A stretch of 56,588 nt of DNA from Verrucomicrobiota bacterium (GTDB lineage Bacteria > Verrucomicrobiota > Kiritimatiellia > RFP12 > UBA1067): the NCBI GenBank assembly GCA_016280825.1, contig JAEEHL010000009.1, positions 1 to 56,588 on the forward strand, read 5' to 3'. Under the pieces are notes generated by a model. It made no database searches. It saw only the letters and a program-made list of their open reading frames with translations, and was not told where the DNA came from. The translations under genes were made by a program, and so were the position numbers. Shown piece by piece: positions 36,527 through 44,309 of this stretch (the first letter of the stretch is position 1; each line of letters starts with the position of its first letter).

Positions 36527-37267
36527 CTACTTGCCGCCCTCCTTGCGGCGCCTCGACTCTGGCACTATCTTTATCGGCTTGGTCGGCATCTGGTGGACCT
36601 TGTCCCAGATGGCCTTCTGCACGTCGTTCGTGGGCAGCGGCGCCCACCCCTCTTCGCAGGCGTCGTAATAGGAGCCTCGCCTGCACTGCTTGTAGCCTGC
36701 CTGCGCCATGTATGCGCCGACCTTCATTATCGCCTCGGGCGAATACTCGCGGCAGACGAGCGCGTCGATGCCAGAAAGCCCCACGGCCGTCTTCATCACG
36801 CACTGCGGCATCATCTGGCTGTCGCCTATGCCGTGGATGTTTGCGAACGTTCGGAAGACGAGCTTCTCGCAGCGCGTGGCGAGCTTTTCCGTGTCGTCGG
36901 CGAAACTCGCGACGTTGAGGAAGGCCCATCCGTTCTCGCAGGCGCAGAGCGAAATCGGAAGCGCGGGGTCGTTCACGATCCACATCGCCCCCTTCGCGCC
37001 GAGCTTCTTGAGCTCGGCCTGCGCCGACTTTGCGTCTGGCGCCGTGCCGTCGACAAACTTCACGTCTATGGAGAATTCCGACGATATCACCGATATCGGC
37101 GCTTCGAGAAGTTCCTTCTTCACCGCGCTTTGCGCATTCACGAAAAAGAACCTGCCGTGGTCCTTCGGCCAAATCTCAAGCTGGCCGCCGTCGTCATCGT
37201 CCGCCGCCGCAACGAGCGAGCTGGCGCAAAGCGCCGCCGCCAAGATAGCCATCCTCTTCATTTCCAT
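36527..37267 (-). CDS. Hypothetical exported Cys-rich protein (P2)
   Basis: Signal peptide MEMKRMAILAAALCASSLVAA. SD AAGGAAAGGGG. Eight Cys residues. Faint resemblance to an archaemetzincin-like fold that lacks the catalytic His residues. Confidence 0.6.
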   Translation of the reverse strand: MEMKRMAILAAALCASSLVAAADDDDGGQLEIWPKDHGRFFFVNAQSAVKKELLEAPISVISSEFSIDVKFVDGTAPDAKSAQAELKKLGAKGAMWIVNDPALPISLCACENGWAFLNVASFADDTEKLATRCEKLVFRTFANIHGIGDSQMMPQCVMKTAVGLSGIDALVCREYSPEAIMKVGAYMAQAGYKQCRRGSYYDACEEGWAPLPTNDVQKAIWDKVHQMPTKPIKIVPESRRRKEGGK

Positions 37268-37285
37268 TCCCCTTTCCTTGTTCCC

Positions 37286-38296
37286 TCAGTTTTCCGGTTG
37301 GACGCCACAGTCGGCGCCGCCGTCGTCATCGAGGTCGGGCAGTATGTCCGCCTCGGAAATCTCAAGTATCCCCTCCTCCGCAAGGCGCTTGTTCATGTCC
37401 TTCATGACCTTTCTTGCGAGGTCGGCGTTGCCGTCCTGCTCGTAAACCCCCTTGATCGCGTCGATGAAGGAGTTCCTCGTCGCTGCCGCGCGCACCCTAA
37501 AGTCGTACGCGGCCCGTATCGAGTCGTTGACGGAAAGCCCCTCGCCCATGTTGCGCAGAAGCTCCATCTGCGCCTCGGCAAGGTTCTTCTTCGCCTCCGC
37601 GGTCGTCTCGCTGTCTGTGCTTTTCACAGTAAGCTTCCACTTCTTGAGCGACTCGAGAAACGCCGCGTTGCCGCCGTCGCTCTTCCCCTCCGACTCGTCG
37701 TCTTCGTCTTCGAACATGAAGCCGAATGGGATTATCGGGGGAACGTCCTCGCCGGGGACGATGGAGAGCAGCGAGCCGATGTCCTGGGCAACGGCGGTGC
37801 GCATCGCGTTGTCGGGATCGTCGGGATCGAGCGGAGGCACTATCCATTCAACGGCGTTCGTCACCGCCTTCCTCACGAACGGCCTTGCCTTTTCCCGGAA
37901 TTCCGATGCGACCGCCTTTGCGCTCTTCGGCTTCACCTGTTCCCTGGCGTCCGTCTTTGCCGAGGGGGGCGGGGGCGTCTTGCCGCTCACCGTCACGGAA
38001 ACCCTGCCTCCTGGCTTCAGGTTCAGGTTGCGCACGTCGACGCGGAAATACCAGATTGCCGCCGCGGCGACGGCACCGATCGCAACCACGCATGCTGCAA
38101 GCCGCTTCAGCCACCTTGCCGCGGCCGCCCCGTCGATTCGAAGGCGGTCGTTCCTCTCGGCGGCTTCGTCGATGCGCACGACGGAAAGCCCCTTTGCGCG
38201 CATCTCTGCGAAAACCGCCGTGCGATTCGGCGCCTGAAGCGTAAACGTCTCAAGCCCGCCCTTCTTGTTTCGTATCGTGACGCTCCACGTTGTCAT
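37286..38296 (-). CDS. Hypothetical bitopic membrane protein with a GspF/PilC-N-terminus-like cytoplasmic domain (P1)
   Basis: MTTWSVTIRNKKGGLETFTLQAPNRTAVFAEMRAKGLSVVRI, TM LAACVVAIGAVAAAAIWYF and an acidic C-terminal domain. The ATG at 38296 has SD GGAG and lies 1 nt after the larC stop. Confidence 0.6.
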   Translation of the reverse strand: MTTWSVTIRNKKGGLETFTLQAPNRTAVFAEMRAKGLSVVRIDEAAERNDRLRIDGAAAARWLKRLAACVVAIGAVAAAAIWYFRVDVRNLNLKPGGRVSVTVSGKTPPPPSAKTDAREQVKPKSAKAVASEFREKARPFVRKAVTNAVEWIVPPLDPDDPDNAMRTAVAQDIGSLLSIVPGEDVPPIIPFGFMFEDEDDESEGKSDGGNAAFLESLKKWKLTVKSTDSETTAEAKKNLAEAQMELLRNMGEGLSVNDSIRAAYDFRVRAAATRNSFIDAIKGVYEQDGNADLARKVMKDMNKRLAEEGILEISEADILPDLDDDGGADCGVQPEN

Positions 38297-38297
38297 G

Positions 38298-39500
38298 TCA
38301 TCGGCTCCTAGTCTGCAAATCCCGTTCAAAGAATTCATTCAGGGCCTCCCCGATCGAAAGCCCCGACTCCCTGGCAATGGCCGCGACGTCGTCGTGCTCG
38401 ACCTTGCGGCGGACTACGCCATGGCCTTCACACGTCTTGATGCGCACTTTGGCCCCGCTGGGGATTTCCACCGTCTCCTCGTGCCTGTCGAGGACCACCC
38501 TTCTGCAAATTCTCTCGCGAAGCCCAGTTGTCGAAGTGTGGCGGAATATCGCCGCCAGGACGTCGTCCCGCCTTGGCGGCGGCGCGAGCACTTCAAGAAC
38601 AACGCCGGGGCGTCCTTTCTTCATCGTAGCCGGGAGGAAGACGACGTCGAGCGCGCCAGCCCCGAAAATGCGCTCGGAGGCAAATGCCATGTCCTCGCCA
38701 GTCATGTCGTCGATCGAGCAGCGAAACTCGCATACTTCGTCGGCTCCGCCGCTTGAAGGCTCGCCCAAGAACGCCCTAAGCACGTTTGCGCGCTCGGCAA
38801 GGTCGCGGCTGCCGGCTCCACAGCCGGATTTTTCCATCTTCATTTCGGGCATTTCACAGAATCTCGCCGCGAAATGCCGCAGAAGCGCCGCACCCGTCGG
38901 CGTGCACAGCTCGGCGGCGACCTCCCCGTCGCCATGCACCGGCATCCCCTCAAGGAGAATTGCCGTCGCGGGCGCGGGGACAGACACCGTCCCATGGGAG
39001 CAGCGCACCGTTCCGGCGCCAAGATTGACGGGCGAAGCCGTTATCTCGCAGGGCGACAGCCTCGAAACGAGAAGGCACGCGGCGGCAATGTCGGCAATTG
39101 CGTCGAGAGCCCCCACTTCATGGAAATGCACCTCCGCCACGGGCCTGCCGTGTGCGCGGCTTTCTGCATCTGCAAGAAGCCGGTATACGGCCTTTATGTC
39201 GCCCCGTACCTTCTGGTCGAGGCGAAGGGAATCTACAACGTGGAATATGTCGTCAAGCGAATGGTGGGCGTGGTGGTGGCGATGGCGGGACTGCTCCTCC
39301 TCGCCGTGGACTTTCACCACAAGGCGCGATGCCGCGATGCCGCACCTTTGAACGCGCTCAAGGGAGTACGAGACTCCGGGCATTCCAAGTGAGTTCAGGC
39401 TCTCGACGACGCGAGCGGCGTCAGGGGCGAGTTCGAGAAGCGCCGCCGCGATCATGTCGCCCGCCGCCCCCATGCTACAGTCGAAATGAAGCCTCTTCAC
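38298..39500 (-). CDS. larC: Nickel-pincer cofactor biosynthesis protein LarC (nickel insertion, DUF111)
   Basis: VKRLHFDCSMGAAGDM, the His-rich HRHHHAHH segment and VHFHEVGALDAIADI. I prefer the GTG at 39500 (GTGA overlap with the larB stop) over the long ORF start at 39767. Confidence 0.85.
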   Translation of the reverse strand: MKRLHFDCSMGAAGDMIAAALLELAPDAARVVESLNSLGMPGVSYSLERVQRCGIAASRLVVKVHGEEEQSRHRHHHAHHSLDDIFHVVDSLRLDQKVRGDIKAVYRLLADAESRAHGRPVAEVHFHEVGALDAIADIAAACLLVSRLSPCEITASPVNLGAGTVRCSHGTVSVPAPATAILLEGMPVHGDGEVAAELCTPTGAALLRHFAARFCEMPEMKMEKSGCGAGSRDLAERANVLRAFLGEPSSGGADEVCEFRCSIDDMTGEDMAFASERIFGAGALDVVFLPATMKKGRPGVVLEVLAPPPRRDDVLAAIFRHTSTTGLRERICRRVVLDRHEETVEIPSGAKVRIKTCEGHGVVRRKVEHDDVAAIARESGLSIGEALNEFFERDLQTRSR

Positions 39501-40171
39501 CGCTGCCGAGCCCCCGTGTGGTTGATCTTGTGGGCGAGAATGCCCGCGCCAAACCCATTGTCGACGTTCACCACCGATACTCCCGCCGCACAGGAGTTGA
39601 GCATTGCAAGAAGCGCCGAGACGCCGCCAAGCGACGCTCCGTAGCCGACGCTCGTCGGCACTGCGACGACGGGACATGGAACAAGCCCGCCGATCACGCT
39701 TGCAAGGGCGCCTTCCATTCCGGCGACCGCAACGACAACGCTCGCCGACGCAAGCGCGTCCACGCACGAAAGAAGCCTGTCGAGCCCCGCCACTCCGACG
39801 TCGTAGAACCGCTCCACGCTGTTGCCGAACGTCTCCGCGACAAGCGCGGCCTCTTCCGCCACTGGGATGTCGCTCGTGCCTGCCGCCGCTACCGCCACCG
39901 TTCCCGCACCATCGGGCTTTCGCGCCTTGCCGAGCCGCACAAGCCGCGCATCGGCGAAATACTGAAACTCCCTGCCTAGGCGCCGCTTGAGGATGCGGGC
40001 CTTCGCCACGTCGACGCGTGTTGCGATTGCCGGGAGCTGCCCTTCGGCCCTGAGGACTGAAAGGATATCGCCTATCTGCGCGGCGTTTTTGCCTTCGCCA
40101 TAGACGACTTCCGGGACACCCTGCCTCCGAAAGCGCCCAATATCTACTTTCGCAAAGCCGAGATCAGGCAT
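39497..40171 (-). CDS. larB: Nickel-pincer cofactor biosynthesis protein LarB (AIR-carboxylase-like)
   Basis: AAAGTSDIPVAEEA, DVGVAGL, AVAGMEGALASV, AVPTSVGYG and NVDNGFGA are diagnostic. I use the internal ATG at 40171. Confidence 0.85.
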   Translation of the reverse strand: MPDLGFAKVDIGRFRRQGVPEVVYGEGKNAAQIGDILSVLRAEGQLPAIATRVDVAKARILKRRLGREFQYFADARLVRLGKARKPDGAGTVAVAAAGTSDIPVAEEAALVAETFGNSVERFYDVGVAGLDRLLSCVDALASASVVVAVAGMEGALASVIGGLVPCPVVAVPTSVGYGASLGGVSALLAMLNSCAAGVSVVNVDNGFGAGILAHKINHTGARQR

Positions 40172-40454
40172 ATTGCGCCCGCGCAGGCCGTCTGTCGAAG
40201 ATGGAGAACCCCGCATATGCAACGAGTCCAACGGCCACGATGATGCAGCCGAGGACGGTGTCTTCATGGCCAAGGTCGAGAAGCGGCTCGCCGTCGAGCC
40301 TGTTAGCGACGCAATCGACGCTCCACATGAGGGCGGCCCCCCAGAACATGAGCATCGCCGTGAAGAGCGGCCCTGTAGGCTTTCCGCGCCGCCTTGCCAA
40401 GGCCCAGAGAGCAGTGAAGACGGCCGCCGCCGTGATTGTCATGAGTTCGCACAT
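40164..40454 (-). CDS. Small hypothetical membrane protein (96 aa, M2)
   Basis: Three hydrophobic helices. It starts MCELM. Its 3' end overlaps the larB start by 8 nt. Confidence 0.5.
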   Translation of the reverse strand: MCELMTITAAAVFTALWALARRRGKPTGPLFTAMLMFWGAALMWSVDCVANRLDGEPLLDLGHEDTVLGCIIVAVGLVAYAGFSIFDRRPARAQYA

Positions 40455-40457
40455 GGC

Positions 40458-40805
40458 CTATGCTCCATGCGGCTCGACGGCCTTCGAGCGTTCGGCAATC
40501 GTCGAAATGACGACCATCGCCGCCCAGACGGCAACCAGGAGAACAGTCATCGCGACGCCCCTCGTCGCCATCTCGTGCAGCATCCCGGCCGTGTCGCCAT
40601 CCCTGACTGCGGTGAGGAAGGGAGGCGAGAGGACGATTTCGCCGTGATAGACGTGCTCGATTGCGAGAAGAAAGCTCCCGCCGAACATCATCTTGCCGAG
40701 CCAGCCGATTTTCGAGACGAACGGATTGCGCGAGGAGCCGCGCAAGGCGCCAGTCGCCGCCGTTGCTGCAACAGCCGTGGCAAGAGGAACTGTGAAACAT
40801 GCCAT
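40458..40805 (-). CDS. Small hypothetical membrane protein (115 aa, M1)
   Basis: It starts MACFTVPLA and contains an EHVYHGE segment and two or three hydrophobic helices. SD AAGGAAAT upstream. First gene after the promoter at 40834-40863. Confidence 0.5.
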   Translation of the reverse strand: MACFTVPLATAVAATAATGALRGSSRNPFVSKIGWLGKMMFGGSFLLAIEHVYHGEIVLSPPFLTAVRDGDTAGMLHEMATRGVAMTVLLVAVWAAMVVISTIAERSKAVEPHGA

Positions 40806-40833
40806 ATTGAAATTTCCTTTCTGCTTTGCGTGA

Positions 40834-40863
40834 AGTATAACACATTCACAGCAGACAAGTCAA
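40834..40863 (-). promoter_or_regulatory. Sigma70 promoter TTGACT-N18-(TGt)TATACT for the M1-M2-larB-larC-P1-P2-P3 operon
   Basis: Reverse complement: TTGACT (40863-40858), 18-nt spacer ending in TGT, TATACT (40839-40834). Confidence 0.55.
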
Positions 40864-40918
40864 CATTCAAGATGCAGCGCCTCTGCGCAGGGCAGTAGTG
40901 GGGGCAAGGGCCCTGTAG

Positions 40919-41674
40919 TCAGTAGTCGGCAATGCGCGCGGGCGCGGGCTTGAGCTTTTTCCCGGGGACGGCGGCAAGAAGCCTCTTCGTATAGTCGCTC
41001 CTGGGCGAGGCGAACACCTCTCCCGTTTCGCCAGAATCGACAGCCACGCCCTTCTCCATCACCACCACCCTGTCGCAGATGTTCTTCACGACCGCGAGGT
41101 CGTGCGCAATGAGGATTATCGAAAGCCCCTTCTCGCGGTTCAGGCGCCTCAGGAGATTGAGTATCCTCGCCTGCACGGAAACGTCGAGCGCGCTCACGGG
41201 CTCGTCTGCAACCAGAATGTCGCTTCCCGTGGCAAGCGCGCGCGCAATGGAGACTCGCTGGCATTGCCCGCCGCTCATTTCGCGCGGGTACTGGTCGAGC
41301 GCGGCAGGCGGGAGCCCCACCGCCTCCACAAGCTCCTCAGCCCTGCGGCCCGGATCCCGCTCGCCATTGAGCACAAGCACCTCGCATAGCGTCGCCCTTG
41401 CCGTCATGCGCGGGTTCAGGCTCCCGACGGCGTCCTGGAATATCATCTGCATCGTCGAAGACGGGTCAATTGCCACCGTGCCGGACGAAACCTCCTCCAG
41501 CTTCATCAGCGCCTTGGCTATAGTCGACTTCCCGGAGCCCGATTCGCCGACAATCCCCAGCACTTCCCCTTCCCTCAGGCAGAACGACACGCCCTTCACC
41601 GCCTCGTACCTGCCGTAGCAGACGCGAAGGCCGGAGACTTCGACAAGGTTCCTCTTCGCTGCGCCCACTGTCAC
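40919..41674 (-). CDS. Oligopeptide/dipeptide-type ABC transporter ATP-binding protein (OppF/DppF-like)
   Basis: Walker A GESGSGKST, the family-specific IFQDAVGSLNP, signature MSGGQCQRV and Walker B ILVADEP. GTGA overlap with the recJ stop. Confidence 0.85.
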   Translation of the reverse strand: MTVGAAKRNLVEVSGLRVCYGRYEAVKGVSFCLREGEVLGIVGESGSGKSTIAKALMKLEEVSSGTVAIDPSSTMQMIFQDAVGSLNPRMTARATLCEVLVLNGERDPGRRAEELVEAVGLPPAALDQYPREMSGGQCQRVSIARALATGSDILVADEPVSALDVSVQARILNLLRRLNREKGLSIILIAHDLAVVKNICDRVVVMEKGVAVDSGETGEVFASPRSDYTKRLLAAVPGKKLKPAPARIADY

Positions 41675-43284
41675 CTGCGCTCCAAATCCATCGCCTTCAC
41701 GCGAAGTTCAACGTGCGGGCCGCCGAAGTCGGAGGCCTCGATCGAAAAGACCGCCGACCTCGCCCTGGCGCCTGCGCAAAGATCGTCCACAAGGCCGCCC
41801 ATGTTCCACCACACTGCCCTCATGCCGCAAAGCGAAAGCGCAAGGTGCTTGCCGTTCTGCCCGATCCTCCTTGCATCGGAGACCTCCGGCGCGGCAAACC
41901 TGAAAAGCGCCTCGGGGTTGCCTACCCCGCATGGCTCAAGAAGCCTTAGATCGTCCACGAGGTCGAGCGTCAGTTCGTCGGGCGTGACGTCGAGATCGGC
42001 CTCCATCTCCCCTGCGGCCTCGCCTTCCGGCATCCGCTCCCTGCAGTATCTGCAAAGCCGCCTGCGGAATTCGCCGACCATCCCCTCCTTCACGCTGAAG
42101 CCGCCTGCCGCGGCGTGGCCGCCGAACGACAGGAGGCATTCCGAACACGCCTCGAACGCCTCGCGGATGTTCAGCCATTCGGGCGAGCGAGCGCTGCCGT
42201 GGCCGCCGGCGATGACGCAGACCGGCGCGGCGCAGCCAGTCCTTTCGAGAATGCGCGAGGCGACGATGCCCGCGATGCCGGGATGTCCGTCGGGGAGGTC
42301 GAGGACCTGCGCCGCCGCCCCTTCCACGACAAGCGCCTCTGCCTTCTCGGTCATTTCCGCCTCGATTGCCTTGCGACTCTCGTTGCACGAATCGACGCTC
42401 TCTGCAAGCTGAGACGTCAGCGACGGATCGTCTTCAAGGACAAGGTTCAGGGCTACAACGGCGTCTGCAAGGCGGCCTGCTGCGTTGATCCTCGGGCCAA
42501 GGAGGAAGCCAAAGTCCCTTGCGACCGGCCTAAATGCCGCAGGACGGCCCGCCTTTGCCGCGAGCTGCCTAAGCCCCTCCGGCGCGCAGCGCCCGAACCG
42601 CCGGAGCGCCTCCGAGACGATTATCCTGTTCTGCCCCACAAGGGGCATGATGTCCGTCACGGTTGCAAGCCCCGCAAGGACAAGGAGAGGCCCCGCGACG
42701 CTGCCGCCGCCGTACAATCCGCGCTCCTTCGCCTTGCGCATGACGACGCTCGCGATCATGAACGCAACCCCTGCCCCGCAGAGGTCTGAAAAGACCCCCG
42801 CATCTCCGACCTTTGGGTTGACAACCACCGTCTCTGGGAGGACCGCGCCCGGGAGATGGTGGTCGGTCACGACGGTCTCTATCCCCGCCTCCTTGAGCCT
42901 CTTCGTCTCCGCGACGGAATTGATGCCGTTGTCGACGGTGACGACGAGCGAGACTTTGGGATTCTCGGCAAGCATCCTCGAAACGGAGGCCTCGCTCATT
43001 CCGTACCCTTCGCTCAGGCGGCGCGGCAGGAACGGAGTGACGTCCGCGCCAAGCGCGGCAAGCGTGCGGACGAGTATTGCGGTGGCGCAGATCCCGTCGC
43101 AGTCGTAGTCGCCGAAGACGACTATCTTGCGGCCGGCCGAGACAGCGGCGAGTATTGCGTCCGCCGCCTCGTCGGCGCACGGCAGCAGCGAGGCGTCGGC
43201 AAGGCCCTTCAGGGACGGATGCAGAAAGCCCTCGACATCTCCGATGCCGCGTCTTTCAAGTAGCCGCCTGAAGGTTTCGGTCAC
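41671..43284 (-). CDS. recJ: Single-stranded-DNA-specific exonuclease RecJ
   Basis: DHH motifs VFGDYDCDG, VTVDNG and VTDHH, plus the DHHA1 GGHAAAGG motif. Confidence 0.9.
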   Translation of the reverse strand: MTETFRRLLERRGIGDVEGFLHPSLKGLADASLLPCADEAADAILAAVSAGRKIVVFGDYDCDGICATAILVRTLAALGADVTPFLPRRLSEGYGMSEASVSRMLAENPKVSLVVTVDNGINSVAETKRLKEAGIETVVTDHHLPGAVLPETVVVNPKVGDAGVFSDLCGAGVAFMIASVVMRKAKERGLYGGGSVAGPLLVLAGLATVTDIMPLVGQNRIIVSEALRRFGRCAPEGLRQLAAKAGRPAAFRPVARDFGFLLGPRINAAGRLADAVVALNLVLEDDPSLTSQLAESVDSCNESRKAIEAEMTEKAEALVVEGAAAQVLDLPDGHPGIAGIVASRILERTGCAAPVCVIAGGHGSARSPEWLNIREAFEACSECLLSFGGHAAAGGFSVKEGMVGEFRRRLCRYCRERMPEGEAAGEMEADLDVTPDELTLDLVDDLRLLEPCGVGNPEALFRFAAPEVSDARRIGQNGKHLALSLCGMRAVWWNMGGLVDDLCAGARARSAVFSIEASDFGGPHVELRVKAMDLERR

Positions 43285-44309
43285 TTGACCTCAAGGCACC
43301 ACTTGTGCACGTCCTTGATGGTCCCGTACTGGATGCCCTGCACGGTGTCGTAGAGCTTCTGCAGCGTCGGGTGGACGACGTCGGGGTCGGAAATCCTGAT
43401 GACGTCCTTGCCGCGGGTTATCTCCCAGACGGGCGTGATGACGACCGCCGTGCCAAGCGCGGCGACGGCCTTGAAGCGCTTGATCTCCGAATACGGCACG
43501 GGGCGGCGCTCGACCTTGATGCCGAGGTCCTCGGCGCACTGGCGAAGCGTCATGTTCGTGACAGACGGGAGAATCGACTTGCTGTCGGGGGTGACGTATG
43601 CGCCGCTCCTGGAGATGCCGGCGAAGTTCGAAGTCGCGAACTCCTCGACGAACTTGTGGCTCTTGGCGTCAAGGTAGAGCTCGACAGGCCAGCCGTCGTG
43701 CTTGGCCTTCTCGTGCGCGAAAAGGCTCGCGGCGTAGTTGCCGCCCACCTTCACGTCGCCCATGCCGTGGGGCGCGGCGCGGTCCCAGTCGTCGAAGATG
43801 ACGGCTCGGACGGGCTTCATCCCGCCCTTGTAGTACGCGCCGACGGGCATGACCATTATCATGAAAGTGTATTCCTTCGCGGGGGCGACGCCGATCTGCG
43901 GGCCCGTTCCGATCAAGAGCGGCCTTAGGTACATCGAGCCGCCCGTCCCGTACGGCGGCACGTATTCGGCGTTGCGCTTCACGACCGCCTTGCAGGCGTC
44001 GAGGAACATCTTGACCGGCACGGGCGGCATGCACGTGCGCTCGGCGGTGCGGTACATGCGCCTTGCGTTCTCGTCCGGGCGGAATATGACGATCTTGCCG
44101 CTCTTCTGGCGGAAGGCCTTGATGCCCTCAAAGCACTCCTGCCCGTAGTGGAGGCACGCCGCGCCGATGTGCATGTTGATGTACGGGTCCTTGACGAACT
44201 TGGGCCCCGACCACTTGCCGTCCTTCCACGTGAAGCGGATATGGCAGTTGACGTCCGAGAATCCGAACCCGAGGGTTTCCCACTTGATTCCTTTTTTAGG
44301 TTGTTTCAT
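43281..44309 (-). CDS. ilvE: Branched-chain amino acid aminotransferase
   Basis: CFEGIKAFR, GTGGSMYLRP, GGNYAASL and the fold-type IV length and pattern. Confidence 0.9.
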   Translation of the reverse strand: MKQPKKGIKWETLGFGFSDVNCHIRFTWKDGKWSGPKFVKDPYINMHIGAACLHYGQECFEGIKAFRQKSGKIVIFRPDENARRMYRTAERTCMPPVPVKMFLDACKAVVKRNAEYVPPYGTGGSMYLRPLLIGTGPQIGVAPAKEYTFMIMVMPVGAYYKGGMKPVRAVIFDDWDRAAPHGMGDVKVGGNYAASLFAHEKAKHDGWPVELYLDAKSHKFVEEFATSNFAGISRSGAYVTPDSKSILPSVTNMTLRQCAEDLGIKVERRPVPYSEIKRFKAVAALGTAVVITPVWEITRGKDVIRISDPDVVHPTLQKLYDTVQGIQYGTIKDVHKWCLEVK

